A stretch of DNA of 64,000 bases from Octopus vulgaris (Eukaryota), in the NCBI GenBank assembly GCA_951406725.2, contig OX597820.1, positions 53,630,001-53,694,000 on the forward strand. Reading direction: 5' to 3'. Under the pieces are notes generated by a model. That model did no database searches. It saw nothing but the letters and a program-made list of their open reading frames with translations, and had not been told where the DNA came from. The position numbers and the translations under genes are program-made. Positions 37,612-50,072 of the stretch are shown piece by piece; the first letter of the stretch is position 1, and every line of letters begins with the position of its first letter.

Positions 37612-38172
37612 GGATGCTGTTTACTTCCACAACAGAAAGTGCCATCATCCCAGAAGGTACAGCATTTTTTTTTCCAATATGATGCGCACCTCTGTTGATT
37701 TGATTTTACTAACCACGAGGCTATTTTAGCAATTTTTAAAAATTATTTCTGTCGTAGTTGTCATCGTCTTTATCACCATGGTGGGGTTTTTTCCGTCATT
37801 GTAGCTATTTTGCTACTGCAGTTTTCATACAGTTTCCCGTGTCTATGTAGTGGCGTCAGTATATCTGTACAAAGCGGTATAGCAGTAACGGTCAGATTAC
37901 CGACACATTACGTTTTACAAACTAGAAGAGAATTACATATTAGATAATGCAATCCTAGATACGCTTTGTCTGAAATATAGATGGCATTATCATGTATGGA
38001 ACGCTTTGAACATTAGCGTGCTGGATACGAGCTGATAAAATGTTAAAGAACAGCAAAATTAGCTGCAGCATAGATTGAAGAATGTTACGTGAATACACAT
38101 TTGACTCTACTTTGTTAAATCTCATCTTTGAGAAAACCCTACCAAAATAATGGCAGTTGTTACTAACCAATG

Positions 38173-38232
<60 letters not shown>

Positions 38233-38568
38233 CTGCCTATTACTGTTGCAGCTATCAATGAAGTCAGTTCACTACTAAGCGTTCGTAACTGCGATTACTC
38301 ACTGTTCTTTGAGAAGGGAGTGCCTATCATGGTTGTCGAAATATAGAAGAAAATTTCTGTAGTGTAAAATATCTGTTTTTGTTTATAACGTTATGTATAG
38401 CAGTTATGCAATGACTGAAATGCAACATTATCTGGCATTAATTCGGAGAGATATTCTCTTGCAGACATTTTATCATCCCGCAAAATAATTTACAAAGAAG
38501 AGAAAATACTCATGTAATGTCCCAGAATATAACAATGTCTTTTGATGTGTGCGTGCCTATACGTCTGT

Positions 38569-38633
<65 letters not shown>

Positions 38634-39948
38634 TGTATGTGTGTGTGTACCATATATACATGAACTTGAAACTCGCTATATTCTTATACTAATAGTATAC
38701 AATATAGAGACCGTCAGATGCACGCGTGCTAGAAGCTACTTAATGAAGTTTCTTCTATGTAAGATATATATCATTGCAATAATCAACTTTCCTATACAAC
38801 AGCCTCCCGCTAATTACCTCCATCAATTCTCAATTATGAATAATAATATGGTATTAGTTTTAAAAAATAGATAAATGAATTAAAATTGTTTTTATTTGTC
38901 TCGTAGAAATTCTGTCTTTATAGCAATCAAGACTAAAATAGTGTTCGCGTTTGGTTTGATTTTCAGTTAATAAGATGGCGCCGAGATTTGCTTCGATTTC
39001 ACCATAGCTCAGCAGGGGGGCTTTTGCTGATAAAATGTATCTGATTATTCCATGCTAAATCGTCTAAATATCAATTACAAATGCGGATAAATGCAAATTA
39101 TTGTTGTCTGTGGACTATTCCAGGAAACAGCATCACAGAGTTCTAATGATGTGTCAGAGTAACATCAAGGAGAAAGAAAGCCAGAAATAAGTACTATGCT
39201 AATTGACGAGTCCGCAAGGAATGCTGGGATACTGGTGGAGTAGAATTGCAGAATTGTAAATAATAAAATATGACAGCTTCTTAATGAAATTAAAGCAGGC
39301 AATGTATATTTTCATATACTTGAATTTCCATATGTATGCGTGCGCGTGTTTGTGTCTGCCTGAGTGTTTTGGTGTGTCTGTGTTCATACATATATTGCAT
39401 TTAGCATCTTAAATATTCATATCGCCATAAATTTGAACATCTATACACAGAGATAAGTATGAATGTATGTAACTGTATTTCCATATTTATATATATGTCA
39501 TACAAGCAAGAAATTCATGCGTACATAAATACATACACCCATATTCACGTGCGTATATGCGTGTTTGTGTATGCGTGTTTGTGTATGCGTGCGTGTGTGT
39601 GTGTGTATGAATGAATGTAGGTATATACTTATATACGAATCCATGTATGTTTGAATGTATGTAGCTTCAGCGTGGTGTCTACATACATGCATAAGTAATT
39701 TGTCTCGCAATCACTAGCTGCCAAGTTCGATTCCAGTGCAAAGCATTTCTGTAAATAATTCAAATTGACCCTACCCTTCTGACTAAAACAAAGTCGACGG
39801 AGAAAACTGGGGAAATCCACTAAATATACCGTACCTATAATTCAAAAGGCCAACACTATACACTGTGTGACGCTGATTCTGCGTTGTGTTTAACTTAAGA
39901 GTAAGAGCTAATTCAAGGAGAAGGTGATTCAATGCATTAGTCATCATA

Positions 39949-40290
39949 GGCGCAGGCGTGGCTGTATTGTAAGTAGCTTGCTTACAAACCACATGGTTCC
40001 GGGTTCAGTCCCACAGCGTGGCACCTTGGACAGGTGTCTTCTACTATAGCTCTGGGCCGACCAAAGCCCTGTGAGTATATTTGGTAAACGGAAACTGAAA
40101 GAACCCCGTCGTATATATGTATATATATGTATGTGTATGTGTGTATATGTTTGTATGTCTGTTTTCGTCCCCCAAACATCGCTTGACAACCGATGCTGGT
40201 GTGTTTAGAATAAGTACTGCGGTCGATTTGCTCGATTAAAGGCGGTGCTCCAGCATGGCCGTAGTCAAATGACTGAAACAAGTAAAAGAA
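39949..40290 (+). mobile_element. SINE family A (internal deletions)
   Basis: GGCGCAGGCGTGGCTG head, GGTTCAGTCCC and the canonical tail. Confidence 0.88.
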
Positions 40291-40367
40291 TGAAAATAAC
40301 TGAAGTCATTTACTCCATTCATGCACACATGCAGACGGACAGATACACACACACACACACACACCAC

Positions 40368-42630
40368 GAGAGCTGCGGCCATGCTGGGGTAGCACCGTTA
40401 GCTCTCCTGCTCTTTCGCTACTTGAAAACTCCTCTGATATGTGGCGTTTGGTGAGTGGGAGAGATCGGTGTTGTTGCCCTCATCTCTGTTTCCTGCCGCG
40501 CGGTAGGTTCATCCGGAATTCTTGACCGTAGAAGATACAGTTGTGTTTTGAATACACCTATATCCACACCATGTAGGTCTTTCAGGCTTTTTAGAGTATA
40601 TTGAAGAGCTGTGGGTTCTTGAAACCCAAGCTGTTGCAGTATCTGCTCCTGTATCCTGTTGGCAATGCTGAGATATTTGGCACAACACAGTGGCGTCCCG
40701 TTCTGTTGTTTGTGAAATTCTCAATGTCAAAGTTTTCTACAAATCCTTCTAAGATTTTCCAGATATATATCATTCCATATCTTTCCAGCTTTCGTCCTTG
40801 GGAGTAGAGTCTTAACTTTTGCAGCCTCAACCAATAGCTGACGTATCGCATTGAGAAGAACTTTTTATGTAGCTTCGCAGGATTGCTTTGAGTTACACTG
40901 TTCATTTTGCACTGTGGAGTGACTTTAGTTGGGAACAGTAGCCTAAAAGGCTGAGGACGAATGTCCTGTAGAGGAGCATCATGGTTTCTTGTTCTCTCGT
41001 TCTGAAAGGCCAGCTGCCCGCATTTTATTGCCAACGGCAATTCCTAGGTCACGCAGTGATTTTGATACTGGGATTAGAATCCTTCCTGGGTTAGTATATC
41101 CCAGCGAGCTGGCAGAGTAGTTAGCACGCTGGACGAAATGCTTAGCGGTATTTCGTCTGCCGCTACGTTCTGAGTTCAGATTCCGCCGAGGTCGACTTTG
41201 CCCTTCATCCTTTCGGGGTCGATTAAATAAGTACCAGTTATATACTGGGGTCGATATAATCGACTTAATCAGTTTGTCTGTCCTTGTTTGTCCTCTCTGT
41301 GTTTAGCCCCTTGTGAGTAGTAAAGAAATAGGTATTTCGGCCGTCGTTTCGTTCTGAGTTCAAATTCCGCCGAGGTCGACTTTGCCTTTTATCCTTTTGG
41401 GGTCGATAAATTAATTACCGGTAAAATTCTGGTGTCGATGTAATCCACTAGTCCCTTCCCCCAAACCTTCGGGGCTTGTGCCCATAATAGAAAGGATATC
41501 CCGTCTACATCTCATTCAGCAACGTGTGTTGGCATGACAGTTGCTGGAATTTTCTATCATTAAATTGCATATTATTGTCCTCTGCCTAATTGTATATTGC
41601 GTCCAATTCCGGTTGAAAGAGCGCAACATCTCCAAGGTTCTGTATCCTCTGAGAGACTTTTGCATCGTCTGCATAGCTAGCAAGAGTGACTATCTAAACG
41701 GCTGAGGACATGTCTGAGAGGGTCAATATGAATAGCAGTGGCACAAATACGGTGCCCTTTGCGTCGCCAAGTTTTCTATGTTTACGCAACTTGTGGCCGA
41801 ATTTATCAAAGCCTTTTGTAAAATCGAGATATATCATGGCCACGTTTCGGTTGTTGAACAGCTGCTTTAACATCCAATTGTAGTGCTGTAAAAACTGCGT
41901 CAGATAGCTGAGAAGGACTGCTGGGAATCCATCAGGGCTTGTAGCTGATATTGCATCTACTTCATCTGATATTGCATCTACCTACTTCTTTGATGTAGAT
42001 GCTACCAATTATTACTGCCTCCCTTTTTACATCTGTTGTGGTAACGAACAGTAGGGGTGAAAGCACTACTCATTGGGGCACACGTGAGGGAAGCTTTTTC
42101 TGGAAGACTGGCCTAACCCTGCAATGCTCGGAGCAGCTGTTTTGACATACTTAATGAACGCTTAAGGATTTGATTTTTTTATAAACCACGCTATTTTATC
42201 TTCTCAATCTTTTATATGAGAGCGTTTCAGATTTTTATCAATCTCCAGCGGTGTTGTTTTCCGGAAGGATTTTTGCTACAGTTGAGTTCTCTGTTTAGGC
42301 TGTTTACAATCTTTGTACGCCGTCTCATTAGAATTTCCCTGGGAATTCTGTTCTTATGTACAGTGACTTTTGTTCTGGGACAAATTTGTAGCACATAGTT
42401 TACATTACGGACATGAAGCCTTTGAGTTTCATGGCGATGTCGGATGTGGAGAGACATTGAGGTCAATTCTATTTGATGATCTCTTTCTCAATCAATTTCC
42501 AGTCTGTTTTATGGAAGTTCTTCTCACAGGCTGCATGTCTACAAATTCCTTTGTTCGATATACGGTCAGTTCTCTTATATTGGGATCAGGGACTAGCGTT
42601 GGTATCACTTTCACATTATGGATGAGTTCC
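40368..42630 (-). mobile_element. Decayed CR1-like LINE (RT and 3' end), interrupted by a SINE
   Basis: Minus strand encodes IYLDFTKGFDK (about 41805-41835), SYADDAKVS (about 41655-41682), LRDLG (about 41045) and SYW.RLQKLRLYS...ERY..IYIWKILEG (ORF 40591..41040), with multiple frameshifts. 3' tail GGTGCTACCCCAGCATGGCCGCAGC. Confidence 0.85.
41103..41495 (+). mobile_element. SINE family B chimeric dimer (B1 unit + B2 unit) inside the CR1-like LINE
   Basis: Junction AAAGAAATA|GGTATTTCG at 41331. The second unit ends with the B2 tail. Candidate TSD ATATCCC at 41096-41102 and 41496-41502. Confidence 0.88.
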
Positions 42631-43222
42631 ATATTCTTTTCTACTCTAGGCACAAGGCCCGAAATTTTTGGGAAGGGGCCAGTCGATTAGATCATCCCCA
42701 GTACGCAACTGGTACTTAATTTATAGACCCCGAAAGGATGAAAGGCGAAGTCGACCTCGACGGAATTTGAACTCAGAACGTAGCGGCAAACGAAATACCT
42801 ATATCTATTTCTTTACTACCCACAAGGGGCTAAACACAGAGAGGACAAACAAGGACAGACAAACGGATTAAGTCGATTATATCGACCCCAGTGCGTAACT
42901 GGTACGTATTTAATCGACCCCGAAAGGCTGAAAGGCAAAGTCGACCTCGGCGGAATTTGAACTCAGAACATAGCGGCAGACGAAATACCTATTTCTTTAT
43001 TACCCACAAGGGGCTAAACATAGAGGGGACAAACAAGGACATACATAGGTATTAAGTCGATTACATTGACCCCAGTGCGTTACTGGTACTTAATTTATCG
43101 ACCCCGAAAGGATGAAAGGCAAAGTCGACCTCGGCGTAATTTGAACTCAGAACGTAGCGGCAGACGAAATACCGCTGAGCAATTCGCCCGGCGTGCTAAC
43201 GTTTCTGCCAGCTCGCCACCTT
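42631..43222 (-). mobile_element. SINE family B chimeric trimer (B1-B1-B2)
   Basis: Head at 43222, junctions at about 42990 and 42800. The terminal unit has the B2 tail (CCCCTTCCCAAAAATTTCGGGCCTTGTGCCTAGAGTAGAAAAG). Confidence 0.9.
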
Positions 43223-43706
43223 AGATTTAGATTCATGGTTAACAGTTTCGAATAGTGGGTTTCATTTGATATCATCGACCCCCAGGATTTAACAGATATT
43301 TTATTTTATCGACTCCGGGGCGGGATGTGGATGAAACAACTGAGAATGTAAAGAGATATATCGCAAAGCAATCTTTAGCTGTTTCAACGACTCTAATTAT
43401 ATTGGTTTATTATTTATCAGTAACGAGGTCAAATGCGTTGAATTTCTGAAACAATCCACTTAATTTAATTGCTTTACTACTACTACTGTTTAAATTTTTG
43501 TCCGTAGAGAAATAAAAAAAAATGGAACCTGTTCATATTTAAGCTCCGAATCTAGTGGGACGAGTTGGAATATTATAATGCACTTAGTGTTCTCTCTAAA
43601 ACACGATTATTCATTTCACTTTTTTATTAAAGCCGTGATGTGTCTGCCGTTCGCGCGTGCGCACACAGAGAGAGAGAGAGAGAGAGAGAGAAACACACAC
43701 ACACAA

Positions 43707-43820
43707 GGATCCCGGTTCAGTCCCACTGTGTGGCACCTTTGGCAAGTATCTTCTTTGGGCGACCTCGGTCCGACCAAAGCCTTGTGAGTGGATTTGGTAT
43801 ACGGAAACTGAAGGAAACCC

Positions 43821-43870
<50 letters not shown>

Positions 43871-43890
43871 CTTTGTGTGTGTGTGTGTGC

Positions 43891-43933
<43 letters not shown>

Positions 43934-44130
43934 TGTGTCTATGTTTGTCCCTCCAGCATCGCTTGACAACCGATGTTGGTGTCTTTACGTCCCGTAAATT
44001 AGCAGTTCGGCAAAAGAAACCGATAGAATGAGGACTAGGCTTACAAAGAATAAGTCCTGAGGTCGATTTCCTCGACTAAAGGCGGTGCGACAGCATGGCC
44101 GCAGCCAAATGACTGAAACAAATATAAAAA
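43707..44130 (+). mobile_element. SINE family A (5'-truncated at the B-box)
   Basis: Runs from GGTTCAGTCCCACTG through the tail CAGCATGGCCGCAGCCAAATGACTGAAAC, with an expanded internal (TA)/(TG) tract. Confidence 0.88.
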
Positions 44131-45166
44131 GTAGAAAGCACATTCTCTCTCAAATTATGCACAAATTTCTTTCAAAATAAAGATGCAGAAGAGATATGAT
44201 CCTAGAAAAATCTACAAAAATGGTTGACAGTCACAGCTTGAACGTTTTTAGCCATAGTAGCCTGTGATTTGGCTATAATTGTAATAAAATCTAATACAAT
44301 TCAATGATGGAGTGAACACATCATTGAAATTTGAACACAGACCTTTACGAAATGAATACTTTGCAGAAGTTAAACAATTTAAACGGGTGCTCGCTTTTTT
44401 TGTCTTGAATATCTGCCTAGTCGTTTGCTCGCATAATCATCTACGAACGTTATAACCAATATAAGCCAATTAATGCCCATCTTCAAAAGAAGGATGAAAA
44501 CCATTGATCCATCCAGCTAAGCCAATGGCTTAGATATGACGTCACAGGGAGAAGCTTCAATTCATTCCAGTTTTGCACCTATGGATTTTATCTCGCAAAA
44601 TCAGCATTTTTCAATCGAGATCTGTATTTTGTTATTTCTCGATTTTATTGAATTTGGAAATTTTTATATTTTTTCTCATGCACATCTCACTCTAACGATC
44701 ATTTTTTGGATTTATGCTAACTTTTAACTTATCAAGGCTCACTGCTTCGCGAAACCCGCCTTTCAGTAGAATTTCCATTTTCTACTTTACTATATTTTTG
44801 CGTTCCATGTTCGGCATATTTTAATTAATTTTTTTTTTTTCCCCCATACATTTAAAATCAATTTACAGTTTGTCTTTGATCAACTTCGTGTCTGAATCCT
44901 GAGTCATCTCATGCAGTTACAACAGTTGAATAAAACCCACACACTCTTTCAATTTCTACTGACTATCTATCTATCTAACTATTTATCTACCTATCTATCT
45001 ACCTGTTTATCTATCAATTTCCATGTACATTTCTGTCTCATTTTTAAATATTTTTTGCCTCTTTCATTCTACATATCTCGATGTATATTTTTTATATTTA
45101 CGTTTCAAAGTTCCTCTCTCTCACTCTCTCTCTCTCTCTCTCTTCTGTTTATGTCTTTCTTTCTGT

Positions 45167-45211
<45 letters not shown>

Positions 45212-45374
45212 GTTCTATCCTCATTTCTTTGTTACTGTACTTCACTTTACCTATCCATCTATTGATCTACCTACCTACGAACATCCTCGTACATACCTAT
45301 CTATATGCAAGTCAAAATACCTACACACATACATACATAACTACATACCTATATACCTACTTACCTGCATACCA

Positions 45375-45436
<62 letters not shown>

Positions 45437-45564
45437 GTATGTATATCCACCTAACTATTTACCTATGTCTCTCCCACAATTTAAATTTATTCGCTTATTA
45501 AAATTTTAAGCACACAACACTAACGTCAATATAACTAGCAGCAACAAAAACAACCCCCACTTTA

Positions 45565-45566
45565 GT

Positions 45567-45617
<51 letters not shown>

Positions 45618-45649
45618 CACTGCTACTACTATTACTACTACTACCGCTG

Positions 45650-45696
<47 letters not shown>

Positions 45697-46057
45697 GCTA
45701 CTACTGCTACTGTTGTGCTGCCACTACCACAACTATTGCTACTACTACTACTACTACTACTACTATTACTACTACTACTGCTGCTGCTGCCACTACTACT
45801 GTTGTTACTACTAGTACTACCGCTGCTACTGCAACTACTACTAACGCTACTGCTGCTGCTTCTGCTACTACTACTACTACAACTACTACTACTACTACTA
45901 CTACTACTGCTGCTGCCACTGCCCACTACTACTGTTGTTACTACTAGTACTACCGCTGCTACTGCAAATACTACTAACGCTACTGCTGCTGCTGCTACTA
46001 CTACTTTTACCGCTACTGCTGCTACTACTACTACAACTGCTACTGCTACTACTACTA

Positions 46058-46102
<45 letters not shown>

Positions 46103-46122
46103 GTAGTAGTAGTAGTAGTAGT
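45565..46122. repeat. Compound (ACT)/(GCT) trinucleotide array with internal duplication and a terminal switch to (AGT)n
   Basis: Seen directly. The block CCACTACTACTGTTGTTACTACTAGTACTACCGCTGCTACTGCAA occurs twice. Confidence 0.92.
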
Positions 46123-46590
46123 GTACGAATGCCCTAGACGTGCCCCAAACCACCACAAGTTGTGGCGACACGATCAGGTAGCGAAAGCGCTGCATTGGAA
46201 ACTATGCGAAAAGTGGGGGCTAGAGAGAAGCAAGACGTGGTATGAGCACAAACCGCAGAGAGTAGCGGAGTCGGAGACTAGCAAAATGCTCTGGGATTTC
46301 CCAATCGAAACAAATAAGGTGCTAGAGCATAACAGACCGGACCTAGTGGTGGTGGACAAGATGCACCACATATGTTATACAGTTGATGTTGCATGCCCCT
46401 TTGACCCACGAATAGTCAAGAAGTAAGGCGAAAAGGTCGATAAATACAACCCTCTTAAGTACCAATAACTGTCGGAACCCTGGGAACAGTGAGTAAAAAT
46501 CTTGAGAAGTACATGGAACAAATAGGGGCTGCAATAAGAGTGGAGCACTTGCAGAAAACAGCACTGCTTGGAGCCGCACAAATACTTCGG
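46123..46590 (+). mobile_element. R4/Dong-clade non-LTR retrotransposon, restriction-like endonuclease fragment (pseudogenised)
   Basis: Translation ECP..A...HKLWRHDQVAKALHWKLC...WYEHKP...LWDFPIETNK.LEHNRPDLVVVDK...VDVACPFD, then a stop, EKVDKY and QKTALLGAAQILR: the RHD and PD..D motifs of RLE-type elements. Confidence 0.85.
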
Positions 46591-46719
46591 ATACATTTGG
46601 CGGATATTTGTCCTCTTCTTGTGTGTTGTTAACACAACGTTTCCTCTTATATACCTTCAAGCCTTCATCAAGAACCTGGGTTGTCATTCCTAAGGTGTTT
46701 TTCGATGTTTTTCGATGTT
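46591..46719 (-). mobile_element. Penelope-pLTR-like tail with a degenerate hammerhead motif
   Basis: Minus strand TTGATGA-AGGCTTGAAGGTATATAAGAG-GAAACGTT-GTG at 46671-46633. Confidence 0.45.
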
Positions 46720-46823
46720 GGGGCATATGCCGTAGTGATTAAGAGCGCAGTCTACTAACCCCAAGATTCCGTGTTCGATTCCAAGCATTGACCTGAACAA
46801 CAACAACAAAAACAATAATAATA

Positions 46824-46907
<84 letters not shown>

Positions 46908-46908
46908 A
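46720..46908 (+). mobile_element. tRNA-derived SINE head followed by (AAC)/(AAT)n
   Basis: A-box-like TGCCGTAGTGA (46728-46738) and B-box GTTCGATTCC (46773-46782) with tRNA-like spacing. No intact cloverleaf. Confidence 0.6.
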
Positions 46909-47082
46909 GAAAGAAAATTTGTTTTCGACATTAATGACAATCATTTGCGCCCGCGCGTGTGAGGACGCATTATCGACAAATATTTTAGGTCACTATCAAA
47001 ATTATGTAACCACTTATTGAATTGTATACAAGCTTTAAGCTTATCGGAAGAATTGTAGCTCTTATTTACAGGTTACTGTTTG

Positions 47083-47132
<50 letters not shown>

Positions 47133-47312
47133 TGACACTGATCGTACTTGAGAACTGCGTCATGAATTATGCTTATGGAATATTCTGCTATATACTCTCT
47201 AATTCAATGGACCGGTAGGTGAGGTTTTTTATGGCTTCCCCTTTTTGTCTATGTCAGCGAATACATTCATACACATATACACACATACACACACACACAT
47301 ACATATATATAC

Positions 47313-47368
<56 letters not shown>

Positions 47369-47457
47369 ATATATAAATGCACATATATATATATATATAT
47401 ATGGCATATATATACATATCATATATATATATATATCGCAAGGACTCCATGTGGACA

Positions 47458-47534
<77 letters not shown>

Positions 47535-47844
47535 TTATATATATATATATATATATAATTATAAATTAGGGCATCTACGATACACCACCATGCTGAAAAT
47601 AGCAGCCATGATCTGACTCTAAAACCACCTTAATTTTCCATATATCAACACGGAGAGAAAATAAAGAGACAATATGAAACTAGTAAAAAATTACTGGATA
47701 ATCCTAGATCCCGGATTTCTGAATTTGCATTAGGAATGCAAATTTATAATTTATAATTTTAATAATTATTACCTTCGAAGGTTATTTTTTCTATGTTGTC
47801 CGCTTGATAAAATCGTTATTTTATTTTTAAATTAACGATCTTAT

Positions 47845-47911
<67 letters not shown>

Positions 47912-48859
47912 TGCTACACACACACATTTATAAATATAGTATGTAATACATTGTTATTCGTCGTATGTACAATATTTTTACTGTTGGTTACTGGTACGTA
48001 TACACTGCATTCGTTCTTTATTTCATTTTAAATCTAAAAAGAAAGCACACATACGCTTTGAAATTAAATGAAACCTGATTTTGGTTATTTCTGTTCTATA
48101 CTACTATCTCTGCTGCGGAGTTTTAGCTCCACTATATAGGGTTCCTATAGCCTGAAGATGAAACGTGAGTTCTTTCTATTTTCTTAGGAACCAAGTTATA
48201 GTTGCAGAATTATTTCGAACTTTTTTATGAACGACCTAGAAACATGTCTCCAAGTAGGCTATAATATCATCTATAGTATATCTATCGTTTAGGTTTTGAT
48301 ATTTTTATTATTACAAGTCAGGCTAACGGATATCAGATACAGATATATATCCACTGAGTAAGGGTGTTAGTGTTCTTACAATGTCTTCGTGCTGTTCTTG
48401 GAATGTTGAAAATGTGTCTCTTAGTTTACGGGTGATGTAACACATAATAGCATGGATTGTGTGGGGATAGATCTTTCTGTGGGAACAGATTATGTACTTC
48501 GAGACAACGTTGGAACTTCTATACTTGTCCTTCTATACTTTTCCTTCAATCTTTCTCAGAATCTCATTTATCATCTGAAAAATATTCTAGCTAGAAATAG
48601 CAGATATAGTAATCAAATTGTTAAATTGTATGAATTGCAGACAAATTTATAAGCAGATATTAAAAGTAGTAACAAAATCTCTCAAATTATATCGATCCAT
48701 CTTAAAAGTAACGGAAAGACATATAAAATATTTTAGATACCAGTTAAAAGACGAAATGGTGTCGATTAGAAAGACATTGATTATATATTTGCTCAGTCAG
48801 ATTTAATTAATATTATGCAGTCCAAATGTAACAACAGTAAACATCTCGAATGCAACACA

Positions 48860-49930
48860 TCATTTCACATAACAACATAGATATACCACAGCTATACACT
48901 GTAAAACAATACTACGAAGTAACTACAAGACATCTACAGCTTTGGCATTATGTGTAGAAAACATATTGAAGAAAGCAAAACTATGCACACACCATCGATG
49001 TGTACTCAGAGATATCATATTCCACCAGTACCAAGGAAAGAATATATTTGATTCACCATTACAGATTAGACTAGCCCTGCTTAGATTCTTATATTTTTAC
49101 AACAAACAACGATAAATTCCAACTTTGTGAAGTAGCGTATATTGTTATTATCACAGCTGGTTAACAGAAGTATTTACAAATCACCAATAGATTGGATGAA
49201 ACCATTTAAGGTGATAGATAGTCTGGACACAAGAAGAGCATAGCTTGTTTTTCTTAGCAAGCTGTAACCCACTCAATTCGTATCATTACATGTTCAACTG
49301 CACGTAATCAGAAATGACTACAACATACACAGCCACTACTAAAGGACCATCCAACTAGCATACTTTATCACACTCAATCCAGATAACCATCAAGAACATT
49401 TGCATATGGTATCAGTATCGATATGTTAATTTTCCCACAAACATGTGTACATTACTAGATATAGATGCACCTAATGGAGCCCAATCTCTTGCAAACATTT
49501 GGTCCAGGTGTATGGTTTGAGAATACATTCCGCTCGCTCTCACTTAACATTCCTGGAGACCTTGTAAAGGGTCATAGACACTGCTTCCTTCTTCAAAAAT
49601 AGAAAAAAAGCCCTGCCGCGCTCTCACCGATATCACCTGATTCATCTACCACTTTTGCTGCTACAAGAATCTGCAGGTACGATAGCTGAAACAAGAAGAA
49701 AACTTCTACATGATCAATCGATCTGTTCAAAATAGGAACCAAATATTCCTCAAATCCAACTTTACCCCAATACGAAATAAGGGACAAACTAGGTCCTCTA
49801 GTCCATTATCTGAGATAAAAGACAGTTTGTCCATAGTTGATATTCTTTTAGTCAAACCTATGCTCGATCAAATGTGTTCAACAACAGCAGCAGGTAGAAT
49901 GGAATACAACATGCAATTCTTAACATACAA
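48860..49930 (+). pseudogene. Decayed coding-like block, possibly a densovirus-like capsid (VP) endogenous viral relic
   Basis: Repeat-free, A/C-skewed 1-kb block. Frameshifted peptides IDIP..., IYSFGI, SPL...LYFY/TN..KFQL, MKPFK.., QAV..LN, NFPT.., EYIP and ILLVKP appear in an order reminiscent of ambidensovirus VP motifs. By eye only. Confidence 0.25.
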
Positions 49931-50015
49931 AGATGCTTTTCTCCGTTGTCAGTTCCGTTGATTTGTAGTGTCTAAATCTTTTTAAAAATGAGACACGCAG
50001 ACACACACACACACG

Positions 50016-50072
<57 letters not shown>

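Noticed and set aside
38972-38982. YY1-like motif AAGATGGCGCC
   Set aside because: A single short motif with no other promoter evidence; expected by chance in 64 kb.
45498-46137. Poly-Ser, poly-Val, poly-Leu and poly-Thr ORFs
   Set aside because: They derive from the (ACT)n array. Only the part after 46123 is real retroelement coding sequence.
46720-46790. Possible tRNA gene
   Set aside because: A and B boxes are present, but the acceptor and anticodon stems do not pair and it runs into (AAT)n. Treated as a SINE head.
48150-48170. CTGAAGATGAAACGTG hammerhead-like core
   Set aside because: There is no stem II between the core halves and no stem I pairing.
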